Shown here: piece after piece, positions 9,340-17,974 of the stretch
Layout: the number at the start of each line of letters is the position of its first letter
Position numbering within the stretch: position 1 is the first letter of the stretch
Origin: an uncultured Planctomycetales bacterium
GTDB taxonomy: Bacteria; Omnitrophota; Gorgyraeia; Zapsychrales; CAYRXT01
DNA length: 64,000 bases
Assembly: GCA_964428315.1 (NCBI GenBank)
Contig: CAYRXT010000010.1
Span: 3,523 to 67,522, forward strand
Reading direction: 5' to 3'
Made by a program: the position numbers and the translations under genes
The notes under the pieces: generated by a model
The model's input: only the letters and a program-made list of their open reading frames with translations
Database searches by the model: none
Told to the model about the DNA's origin: nothing

Positions 9340-10290
9340 ATGAAAAACAAACAACACATCCTCTTGTTCCTAAAATGGACGATCACCATCCTTATCTGCG
9401 CGGCGTTGACGCATTATATTTTAAAAAATCTCTCGGATTTTAAAAAGCTTTTGTCTGTTGAACTCCGTTACATTGCCGTCATATCCTTCCTGAGTATCAT
9501 GGACCTTTTTTTCCTGGCTTACCGTTATTTTCTGTCCATACGGCTTTTGACGGACAACATACGCTACGCGACCTGCATCAAATATTTTGTCACCGGTGCG
9601 TTCCTCAGCAGTGTTTTGACTCAAGCGGGAAACGTCTATAAGGCCGCAAGTTTAAAGATGCGAAACCGGGTGAATCTCAAGCAATATATCTCCATACAGT
9701 TTTTCTTTTCCTGGAGCAATCTGGCCTTCTCCTTATGTATTGCGTCGGTCCTGGTCGGGTTTGATCCGCCGCAAACTCAGTGGGGCCCGGCGCCCGTCCC
9801 GCTTGTGTTTTTCACCCTGCTGGCCTTTCTCATGCTGACCCCATTCGCCGTCAGCCGTTTATTGAGCCGCTTTCGGCTGGACGGACATCCAAAGCTGATC
9901 TGGCTATCCTCGCAGATCAGGGCCTCCGCGCACTCTTTCCATGCGCTTTTGAAAAAACCGTCCGTCCTTTTTTCCATAAGCCTGATTCTTTGCGCGCATT
10001 TCATCACCAATATCCTGATCCTGCGCTACGCCTTTGAAAACATCGGCGTTCCGTTGTCTTTTCCGGTTCTGGCGGTGTTTCTGGTCATCACCCGGATGGG
10101 AAATCTGATTAACATTACGCCTTCTAATATAGGCATCCGCGAATTTATATTCGGGGCCCTGGCTCATTCTTTCCGGTTCCCGATCGAGGCGGGCGTCTCG
10201 GCCTCTCTGATAATCCGTCTGCTGAACTTTTTGATCTACGGACTATTCGCAATGATCTGTCATCTCACGGACAGATGCGGAAGAAAGTGA
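9340..10290 (+). CDS. Lysylphosphatidylglycerol-synthase TM domain / flippase-like membrane protein (UPF0104)
   Basis: About 8 TM helices; ITPSNIGIRE motif near the C-terminus. Confidence 0.75.
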   Translation: MKNKQHILLFLKWTITILICAALTHYILKNLSDFKKLLSVELRYIAVISFLSIMDLFFLAYRYFLSIRLLTDNIRYATCIKYFVTGAFLSSVLTQAGNVYKAASLKMRNRVNLKQYISIQFFFSWSNLAFSLCIASVLVGFDPPQTQWGPAPVPLVFFTLLAFLMLTPFAVSRLLSRFRLDGHPKLIWLSSQIRASAHSFHALLKKPSVLFSISLILCAHFITNILILRYAFENIGVPLSFPVLAVFLVITRMGNLINITPSNIGIREFIFGALAHSFRFPIEAGVSASLIIRLLNFLIYGLFAMICHLTDRCGRK

Positions 10291-10336
10291 TCCGGCGCAC
10301 GTAACGGGATTATCTTTTCGCCTTCTTCGAAATTTT

Positions 10337-11749
10337 TTAAAAATAACACATGTTGTTGGGATAGCTGACGGTGATGTTGACAAAGATCACCTTGGCGAGG
10401 GCGTAGAAGAACAGGAGGAGGACGGCGGCCTTGCCGGAAAGACGCATCAGCATGTCATCGCCGGCGTCGGCCCTGCGGAAGGCCCAGACCATCATCTCGG
10501 CGGCCTGGATCATCAGGAAAGGCACGGCGGCCAGGACATACCTCAGCTGGTAGTTGCCCCAGGCTGTGTAAAACCCCAGGATGACCAGCGAGCAGAGAAA
10601 GACAAACACCCTCTCCCCGGACTTGTCCCTCCGCAGAATAAAATACGACGCAAACGCAAAGAGATAAAAGAGCGAAAATTCCGTCAGACGCCCCGGATAA
10701 AAGAGGAAGGTCTTAGGCATATCTTGCCAGACCGTGGCGGACCAGGTGGTCCCGGGGACGTGGTCGGCCCGCAAGCCCAGGGCGATCTCCCGGTGAAGGA
10801 ACACGACGAGGATCAGCCCCAGATAAGCCAGCAAGCCCCGGACAATCAGCGGCCACGTGCCCTCAAAACGTTTCCTTATTAACCTCATGAACCGGTGAAA
10901 GGCGACGGCCGCGACAACCAGGACCAGCGCGGCAAGGAGGGTCAGGGGGAGGTCCTTCAAAAAAAGCGAGTTGCTGTGCAGCCTCTTCTGCAGGGCCAGA
11001 AACTCCCACCCGTAGACCCGGTAGTTCCAGATGATCCACGGCAGGCTCACGATCAAGGGCATCGCCAGCCCCGCCAGAAATTTTCCCGAACGGAACAGTG
11101 CCCGGCGCAAGACAAGCGCGTAAAGCCCCATGATGACAGCCGCCAGGAATCCGGGGTACTTCACCATCGTGGCCAGTCCCGCCGCCAGGCCGCCCGCGAC
11201 ATAAAGCCACGGCCTGTTACGGCGTACCCCCAGGATGAACAGATAGGCGGCCAGAACCGTGAAAAAGGCCAGCGTCGTCTCCATCCAGATCTTCTGGGAG
11301 CAGAGGACCGCCACCGGGTCCAGGTAGACCAGGACCGCGGCCAGCAGTCCGACGTGTTCGTCGAAGAGTTCCCCGGCTAGGAGAAAGGCAAGGGGGATCA
11401 AGAGAAGCCCGAAGATCAAGGACGGGTAGAGGGCCCTTTCCAGGCGCATGTCCGACAGGCGGTAGGAAAGCGCGACGAACATGGAGAAAAGCGGGGGGTG
11501 TTTAAATAGCGGCTTGTGGAAATAATCCGGGACGTAGCGCCCTAGGTCCTCGAGATAAAGACCGAACTCGTGACTCTGATAATTGGTGACGTCCCTGGAA
11601 AGCTTCGCGCCCAGGTGGGCATAGGCGATCTCGTCGGTGGTCTTATAATCCAGCCGGTGGAAATTACGGAGCCGGTGGACATATCCCGCGCAGACCATGC
11701 CCGCGAGGAGGGCGTAAATCACGATACTTTTGAACTGTTTGCTCTGCAT
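10337..11749 (-). CDS. ArnT/PMT-family (GT-C) membrane glycosyltransferase
   Basis: DE in the first loop, KHPPL, multi-TM, GLATMVKYPG, RYVL. Confidence 0.8.
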   Translation of the reverse strand: MQSKQFKSIVIYALLAGMVCAGYVHRLRNFHRLDYKTTDEIAYAHLGAKLSRDVTNYQSHEFGLYLEDLGRYVPDYFHKPLFKHPPLFSMFVALSYRLSDMRLERALYPSLIFGLLLIPLAFLLAGELFDEHVGLLAAVLVYLDPVAVLCSQKIWMETTLAFFTVLAAYLFILGVRRNRPWLYVAGGLAAGLATMVKYPGFLAAVIMGLYALVLRRALFRSGKFLAGLAMPLIVSLPWIIWNYRVYGWEFLALQKRLHSNSLFLKDLPLTLLAALVLVVAAVAFHRFMRLIRKRFEGTWPLIVRGLLAYLGLILVVFLHREIALGLRADHVPGTTWSATVWQDMPKTFLFYPGRLTEFSLFYLFAFASYFILRRDKSGERVFVFLCSLVILGFYTAWGNYQLRYVLAAVPFLMIQAAEMMVWAFRRADAGDDMLMRLSGKAAVLLLFFYALAKVIFVNITVSYPNNMCYF

Positions 11750-11771
11750 AAGGGCGCGGCGAATCAGCGGA

Positions 11772-12977
11772 TTATAGATGCCTTTCGATGGAGCCTGTCA
11801 CCTCTTCAAATGCGGGCTGAAGCTCTTCGGCCCTGCGGGCGAAACACACGCCCATCTTCTCGTGAAAGGTGATCTGGTCAAGGCTCACGTGGCGCTGTTT
11901 GATGGCCTCGGCGGTCTTGAGGTACCGGATCTTTTTCCCCGCCACGTTAACGACTGTGACCCCGGTGATCCCTTTCTTAAGCAGTAAGACGGCCGCCCCG
12001 CCGGCCTCCTTGCCGAAATTGACGTCAAACGCCGACGAGTGGCCGCAGCGCACCAGGTGGCCGGGACGGATCTCGCGCACCTCCGGGATCTCGTAGAGGC
12101 CCTCGACGAACATCTTTTCTTTCTTCATTAGCTCCTTGACCTCGGGATCGGCCTTGAGGCGCCTGGTCAGCTCCTGGCAGACGTAACGGCCCGCGCCGGC
12201 CAGCTTCTTGTGCCCGAAGGCGTCCACCGGCGAGGACTCGTCAACGAGCTCCTTCCCGCTGGCGTCCTTCAGCCCTTCGGCGACAATGATAAGATAGGTG
12301 CCCGCCTTGACGTCGCTCTGCGCGATCCGGCGGAAATAGCGGCTCTTCATGTGGCGGTAAAGGATATCCAGGTCCGCGGGGACCTCGGGGATGATGACCG
12401 CGTCCGCCTCGGCCGCGACACCCCCGCGGAAGGCCGTGTGTCCGGCGTAACGGCCGAAGACCTCCATGACGATGACCCGGTTGTGGGTCCTGCCGGTCGT
12501 CTTGAGCTCCTCGGCGAAGGCGGCGATGCGGCTGATCGTGGAATCCGCCCCGACGGAATAGGTCTGCAGGTCCAGGTCCATCGTCTTGGGGGCGTGGACG
12601 CAGGCGATCCCGTTCTCGCTCAGATCCACCATGACGCTTCCGGTGTCGTCGCCGCCGCTGATGACCAGCCCGTCGATCCCGAATTTCTGCAGGCCCTTCT
12701 TGATCCTTTCGTATTTCTTGCCGTCGTCGATCTTTTTGATCTTGACGCGGGAGTGCCCCGCCTCGGAGCCGGCCAGGTTGGCGTCGACGAAATCCACGCG
12801 CTCGGGCTTCAGCTCGACCAGGGCCTCGAAATCCTGGAGGTTGTAAAGGCCCGCGTACCCGTTGGGGATGATGAAACACTGCATCCCCTGCTTGTGCGCC
12901 ATCTGCGCGGCGCCCTTCACGACGGCGTTCAGCCCGCCGCAGTCCCCGCCGCTTGTAATCACGCCGATCTTCTTCAT
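11772..12977 (-). CDS. pfkA: 6-phosphofructokinase, probably PPi-dependent
   Basis: TSGGDCGGLN, GGDDT (Asp typical of PPi-type enzymes), PKTMDLD, EVFGR; start at MKKIG after an AGGAG RBS. Confidence 0.9.
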   Translation of the reverse strand: MKKIGVITSGGDCGGLNAVVKGAAQMAHKQGMQCFIIPNGYAGLYNLQDFEALVELKPERVDFVDANLAGSEAGHSRVKIKKIDDGKKYERIKKGLQKFGIDGLVISGGDDTGSVMVDLSENGIACVHAPKTMDLDLQTYSVGADSTISRIAAFAEELKTTGRTHNRVIVMEVFGRYAGHTAFRGGVAAEADAVIIPEVPADLDILYRHMKSRYFRRIAQSDVKAGTYLIIVAEGLKDASGKELVDESSPVDAFGHKKLAGAGRYVCQELTRRLKADPEVKELMKKEKMFVEGLYEIPEVREIRPGHLVRCGHSSAFDVNFGKEAGGAAVLLLKKGITGVTVVNVAGKKIRYLKTAEAIKQRHVSLDQITFHEKMGVCFARRAEELQPAFEEVTGSIERHL

Positions 12978-13048
12978 CCGAAGCTCCTTTTGATTGAAGG
13001 TGTTGAACAAAGGGTTAATTTCCATTTTATGTCAAGGAAATTGCCGCT

Positions 13049-13077
13049 ATTCTACCAGATAAAAACGTCTTTGTGAA
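13049..13077 (-). promoter_or_regulatory. sigma70-like promoter of pfk
   Basis: TTCACA-17 bp-TAGAAT on the minus strand with extended TG. Confidence 0.55.
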
Positions 13078-13131
13078 GAAGGATTGCCGCGGAGTGCCGC
13101 GGAGTTTACCCCCTTTTGTGCATTAGCCCAC

Positions 13132-13243
13132 GCGGACGGGAAACCCCGCCTGGCGAGTTCCGCAGCCGCCCGTCGACATCCCGGGAATAAATAACAGACG
13201 GGCGCGCGAGGACTGTCCGAGCCGGGCGGGGGTTCCCGTCCGC
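13132..13243. repeat. Long imperfect inverted repeat (hairpin element)
   Basis: 23-bp arms 13132-13154 / 13221-13243 (21 WC + 1 GU pairs); inner stem CGCCCGTC / GACGGGCG. Confidence 0.8.
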
Positions 13244-13454
13244 CTCCGCCTTCTTTGATTTCTCCATATTATTTCGGCCTCTTACGGCTTATTACTTTTA
13301 AAGCCTAAAAATCGGGTAAACTCCTGATTGCTTCGTTAGCCCGCGCTGACAGGATTTCTAAAGCGGCCGCCGTTTCTTCCGGCGGCTATGGACATTTCTC
13401 AAAGGAATGATAAAATAACACAACGAGTTTTAATACAACCGAATTCCACGTTCC

Positions 13455-14198
13455 ATGATCAGCCTGCACAACGTCTGCAAATCCTTCGGCCGGAAAACCG
13501 TCCTGGATCACGTCTCCCTGACGATACAAAAAGGGGAGATCGCGGGATTCCTTGGGCCCAACGGAGCCGGGAAGACCACCCTCATGCGGATCCTGACCGG
13601 CTACTGGCCGTCCGACTCGGGCCGGGTCATGATCGACGGCGTGGATGTCCGGGACCGTCCCCTTGAGGCCAAACAGCGCATCGGCTATCTTCCGGAAACC
13701 CCGCCCCTGTATCCGGACATGACCGTCCGGGGCTATCTCTCCTTTTGCGCCGGATTAAAGGGGCTGGCGAAACGCCAGGCCGCCGGACGCATAGACACGG
13801 TCATCCGTCAGTGTCATCTGAACGATGTCCTTGACGCCCCGATCGGGACCCTGTCCAAGGGATTCAAACAGAGGGCGGGCATCGCCCAGGCCATCCTCCA
13901 CGAACCGCGCGTCCTCATCCTCGACGAACCGACCACCGGACTGGACCCGCGCCAGATCCGGCAGGTGCGCGGCCTCATCCGGGAACTGAGCGGACAAACG
14001 ACGGTCGTCCTGTGCACCCATATCCTCCAGGAGATCGAACAGCTGGCCCAAAGGATCATCATCATCCATCAGGGACGTATCGCGGCGGACGGGACCTCCG
14101 ACACCCTAAAACCGGACGAAGGAGAGGCCGCCCGTTCACTCGAGGACGTTTTTCTTGCATTGACGGCCACTCCCCGAACGGAGACGCTTGAGCCATGA
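13455..14198 (+). CDS. ABC transporter ATP-binding protein (GldA-like)
   Basis: GPNGAGKTT, LSKGFKQR signature, ILDEPT. Confidence 0.93.
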   Translation: MISLHNVCKSFGRKTVLDHVSLTIQKGEIAGFLGPNGAGKTTLMRILTGYWPSDSGRVMIDGVDVRDRPLEAKQRIGYLPETPPLYPDMTVRGYLSFCAGLKGLAKRQAAGRIDTVIRQCHLNDVLDAPIGTLSKGFKQRAGIAQAILHEPRVLILDEPTTGLDPRQIRQVRGLIRELSGQTTVVLCTHILQEIEQLAQRIIIIHQGRIAADGTSDTLKPDEGEAARSLEDVFLALTATPRTETLEP

Positions 14199-14899
14199 GA
14201 AAATGCACCGTGATCGCCCGCAAGGAATGTTCCTCTTTTTTCCGATCGCCGGCCGCCTATATCGTCCTCATCCTCACCTTCTGCGTGTTCAACATCTTTT
14301 TCTACCTCATCATCGAACAGGGGAGGGAGGCCAGCCTCCGGGACATGTTCAAGGTCATGGAATTCATGTTTCTTTTCGTTGTGCCGCTTCTGACCATGCG
14401 GCTGATCGCCGAGGAAAGGCGCAGCGGCACCCTGGAACTCTTGAAATGCTCGCCCGTGACAACCGGGGATATCGTGTTAGGCAAATTCACCGGGGCATTG
14501 CTCTTCTTTTTGTGCATCGTCTTATTCACCCTGTCCTATTACGGGATCATCGAATATTTCGCCCGGCCGGACAGGGCCGCCATACTCAGCGGATACGCGG
14601 GGATCGTCCTCGAGGGCGCGCTGTTCCTCGCCATCGGTCTTTATATGTCATCCCTGACGCGCAACCAGCTCGTCGCCGCCATCACCACGTATGTGCTGTT
14701 GTTCCTTGTGTATTTTTCAATCAGTTACGCACCATATATTCCCGCCCCGGCGGAAGGTTTGATCCGTCATATAGCGTTTTGGGGCCACACCGAACATTTC
14801 GCCTCGGGATTTATCGCTTTGTCCGACATTGTGTATTTCTTAAGCGGAATACTTTTCTTCCTCGTTTTAACCTATGACAGGCTGCGGCATGAATCATGA
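14195..14899 (+). CDS. ABC-2 type permease (GldF-like)
   Basis: PLLTMRLIAEERRSGTLELL; six TM. Confidence 0.9.
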   Translation: MRKCTVIARKECSSFFRSPAAYIVLILTFCVFNIFFYLIIEQGREASLRDMFKVMEFMFLFVVPLLTMRLIAEERRSGTLELLKCSPVTTGDIVLGKFTGALLFFLCIVLFTLSYYGIIEYFARPDRAAILSGYAGIVLEGALFLAIGLYMSSLTRNQLVAAITTYVLLFLVYFSISYAPYIPAPAEGLIRHIAFWGHTEHFASGFIALSDIVYFLSGILFFLVLTYDRLRHES

Positions 14900-16482
14900 C
14901 TATGTCTACTGACAAACGGCAGCCGGCCCTGGCGGTCGTCATCGCGGGATTGGTCCTCGGCTGGACGGGCCTGGCCTGGGGCTACATCCAAAACCGCCTT
15001 GCCGGCGCGCCCGTTGTCCTTATCGCCGCCGGGGGTGTCCTGGTCCTGACGGCGGGCGCCGTCTTCCTGCGCGGAGGAAAGGCCTTGGTTTTTCGCGGCC
15101 TTTCCAACGTCCTCCGGCGGGCCGTTCTGCTCGCGGGGCTCGCCCTGGCTCTGGTTTTGGGGAATGTCTGGGCCGTGAAGAACGATCTCCGTTGGGATCT
15201 GACCCTGTCGAAACAGCATACCTTAACGGAAAGAACGCGTTCGGTCCTTCGGGCCCTGACCGAAAAGATCACCATCACGGTGTTTTATGTCGGTCACCCC
15301 CCGAACTACCTTGCCGACCGTCTCAGAGAATTCGAACGCCATTCCGGCGGAACGGTCGAAACGGAGATCGTCGATCCCCTGGTGAGGATCGGGTACGCGG
15401 CGCAATTCGGCCGGACGATCACGGCCGACGAAAAAAAGGCGGTCGTCCGGACGAAAGACGACCGGCGCGACATCGGGTTCAAGGACGGCCCGCTCACCGA
15501 GGAGGCCCTGCTGAACGCCCTCGTCCAGGTCGTCCAGGAGCCGAGGGACATCTGTTTTCTGGGCGGCCACGGCGAATATCCGCCGGAGGACGAATCCCCG
15601 GCGGGATTGAGCCGGTTCGCCGCCTACCTCGCGACCAACCGCTTCCAGACGCGCGAGGTACTGCTGGGGCAAACCGGAAAGGTGCCCGATGACTGCCAAC
15701 TCTTAATCGTCGCGGGACCGGCCAATCCCGTGCCCGATAAGGAACAGGACCTCCTCCGGGGATTTCTTAAAAAAGGCGGCGACGCCCTCTTTCTTATCGA
15801 GGCCGCGCCGGTCGGCACCGAAGAGCATCCGCTGGCCGAAGAGGATAAAATGAAGAACCCCGCTCTGAACGGTATCCTCGGGGAGTGGGGTATAATGGTA
15901 GGCGACGACCTGGTTATCGACCGGCAGAACTACGTGGGGCAGGACATCGGATGTCCCGCGACCAATCGTTACCCCGAACATGAGGCCATCACCGAAGGGC
16001 TGGATTACACGTTTTTTATACGGCCGCGCTCGGTGACGATAGACCCCTACGCCTCTTCCACGGCCTTTATCGCCCCGCTGGTACTGACTTCTTCGGAAGA
16101 ACAGAGCTGGGCGGAAACTAACAAGAATCTCAACATCAAATTCGACAAGGGAGAAGACCTGCCCGGACCTGTCCCCGTGGGGGCGGTCGTCTGGGAACCC
16201 AAAAGGGGAGAGAAGATATCGGAAACGCGTCTTATCGTCATCACGGACGCCGACTTCATCAGCAACCGTTTTATCGACCAGTACAGTAACGCCGAGCTCA
16301 TCCTCAATTCTGTCCAGTGGCTGACAAACGCCGCCTTTGTTTCATTGGGAAAGGATGACGATATCCGGGTCGAACGTCTGGATTTGACCAGCCGCCAGTT
16401 GAGGGTTGTCTCGGTACTGATCTGGAGCCTGCCGGCCGCGTTTCTCTTTACCGGGCTCTGGGTGTTAAGAGAAAGAATTTAG
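14896..16482 (+). CDS. GldG-like ABC transporter auxiliary component
   Basis: RWDLT, FLGGHGE, DADF...N motifs; N- and C-terminal TMs; operon context. Confidence 0.85.
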   Translation: MTMSTDKRQPALAVVIAGLVLGWTGLAWGYIQNRLAGAPVVLIAAGGVLVLTAGAVFLRGGKALVFRGLSNVLRRAVLLAGLALALVLGNVWAVKNDLRWDLTLSKQHTLTERTRSVLRALTEKITITVFYVGHPPNYLADRLREFERHSGGTVETEIVDPLVRIGYAAQFGRTITADEKKAVVRTKDDRRDIGFKDGPLTEEALLNALVQVVQEPRDICFLGGHGEYPPEDESPAGLSRFAAYLATNRFQTREVLLGQTGKVPDDCQLLIVAGPANPVPDKEQDLLRGFLKKGGDALFLIEAAPVGTEEHPLAEEDKMKNPALNGILGEWGIMVGDDLVIDRQNYVGQDIGCPATNRYPEHEAITEGLDYTFFIRPRSVTIDPYASSTAFIAPLVLTSSEEQSWAETNKNLNIKFDKGEDLPGPVPVGAVVWEPKRGEKISETRLIVITDADFISNRFIDQYSNAELILNSVQWLTNAAFVSLGKDDDIRVERLDLTSRQLRVVSVLIWSLPAAFLFTGLWVLRERI

Positions 16483-16515
16483 AGCCATCGGGGCCTTGAG
16501 AGGGCAATTTCACGC

Positions 16516-16544
16516 TTTACACGGAGAATTTCTTCTGATATATT
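16516..16544 (+). promoter_or_regulatory. sigma70-like promoter of the tRNA cluster
   Basis: TTTACA-17 bp-TATATT with extended TG. Confidence 0.6.
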
Positions 16545-16676
16545 AAATTCTCTTTTAAAAATAAGAACGGCTTCTTCACTGCATCCACAGGTTTTGGGAG
16601 ACAGCAAAAAGCCTATCATGAATGCCCGCTAACAGCGTGCCCAGAAGAGGGACTACTCGGCGGGACGACATCTTTT

Positions 16677-16749
16677 GCCGATGTAGCTCAGATGGTAGAG
16701 CAGCTGATTTGTAATCAGCGGGTCGGAGGTTCGATCCCTCTCATCGGCT
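16677..16749 (+). tRNA. tRNA-Thr(TGT)
   Basis: Acceptor GCCGATG/CATCGGC, anticodon arm GCTGA-TTTGTAA-TCAGC, GGTTCGA T-loop; no encoded CCA. Confidence 0.97.
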
Positions 16750-16850
16750 TGTCTTTATAACCATTTGATCTTTTACGTATTAAGTGAGAAGTGTCACGGG
16801 TCAAAAGACCTGTCATCATAACTCGTTTCCTTAACACTTAACACTAATTT

Positions 16851-16933
16851 GGGCAGATACCCAAGCGGTCAACGGGGACAGACTGTAAATCTGTTGCGCT
16901 TGCGCTTCGGAGGTTCGAATCCTCCTCTGCCCA
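16851..16933 (+). tRNA. tRNA-Tyr(GTA)
   Basis: Acceptor GGGCAGA/TCTGCCC, ACAGA-CTGTAAA-TCTGT, long variable arm. Confidence 0.97.
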
Positions 16934-17144
16934 TTTCCAGGGGTAAGTGGTAAGGGATAGAAAAATAGCGGGCATAGGGTGGGCCTCATCCAATGAATAC
17001 ATCAAATATTCAACGGAGGGGCCGGGAAAACGCTCAACACCTTCTGGTTCTTTCTTGTGCTCACGGGATTAAATTCGGCCAAGCAACTTGCGTCTCTGCG
17101 TTCCGCAAATTGCGGCCTCATTTAACAAGCTCTTGTGCATGCAA

Positions 17145-17218
17145 GCGGGCGTAGTTCAGTGGTAGAACTCCAGCCTTCCAAGCTGGTAGCGTGAGTTCGA
17201 TTCTCATCGCCCGCTCCA
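17145..17218 (+). tRNA. tRNA-Gly(TCC)
   Basis: Acceptor GCGGGCG/CGCCCGC, CCAGC-CTTCCAA-GCTGG, encoded CCA. Confidence 0.97.
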
Positions 17219-17223
17219 TATTT

Positions 17224-17928
17224 ATGAAAGTCACGCTCCTGATACCCACGCTTAACGAGATCGACGGCATGAAGGCCATCATGCCCAAGGTCAAACCCGA
17301 ATGGTACGACCAGCTTTTTATCGTGGACGGCCAGTCCACGGACGGGACCATCGAGTACTGCCGGGAAAAAGGGTACCCTTTGATCATCCAGAAGAAGAAG
17401 GGCATGCGCCACGCCTACATGGAATCCCTGCCCCACATCCAGGGCGATGTCATCCTCACCTTCAGCCCGGACGGCAATTCCCTGCCCGAACTGATCCCCG
17501 CGTGTCTCGACAAGATGCGCGAAGGCTACGACATGGTGATCGTCTCGCGCTATGCCCCGGGGGCCAAAAGCGAGGACGACGATCGCGTCACATCCTTCGG
17601 GAACTGGCTCTTCACGACCTCCATCAATCTTCTGCACCACGGACATTACACGGATGCCATGGTAATTTACCGGGCCTACCGGAAAGACCTGATCCATGAG
17701 CTGGACCTGGACAAGGACAGCAGTTATGAGAAGGAAGAGCGCCTCTTCAAGACGAACATCAGCTGGGAGCCGCTGTTGTCCGTCCGCGCGGCAAAGCGGA
17801 GATTAAAGGTCGCTGACATCCCCGGCGACGAGCCCGCCCGCGTCGGAGGAGAAAGGAAACTGCAAGTCTGGCGCTGGGGCGCGGCCTACATGTTCCAGGT
17901 CCTGCGGGAAGTTTTCCTCTGGAAATAG
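17224..17928 (+). CDS. Glycosyltransferase family 2 (DPM1-like)
   Basis: IPTLNE, VDGQSTDGT, FSPDGN, VSRY; start set at ATG 17224 because the longer ORF overlaps tRNA-Gly. Confidence 0.88.
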   Translation: MKVTLLIPTLNEIDGMKAIMPKVKPEWYDQLFIVDGQSTDGTIEYCREKGYPLIIQKKKGMRHAYMESLPHIQGDVILTFSPDGNSLPELIPACLDKMREGYDMVIVSRYAPGAKSEDDDRVTSFGNWLFTTSINLLHHGHYTDAMVIYRAYRKDLIHELDLDKDSSYEKEERLFKTNISWEPLLSVRAAKRRLKVADIPGDEPARVGGERKLQVWRWGAAYMFQVLREVFLWK

Positions 17929-17974
17929 CCGCCGTGCCCGCGTCCCGCCGGAGGCGGCCGGACATACGTTTCTT

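Noticed and set aside
16750-17144. Short repeats and hairpins in the tRNA spacers (TTAACAC x2, GGTAAG x2)
   Set aside because: Too short and low in copy number to distinguish from ordinary spacer structure
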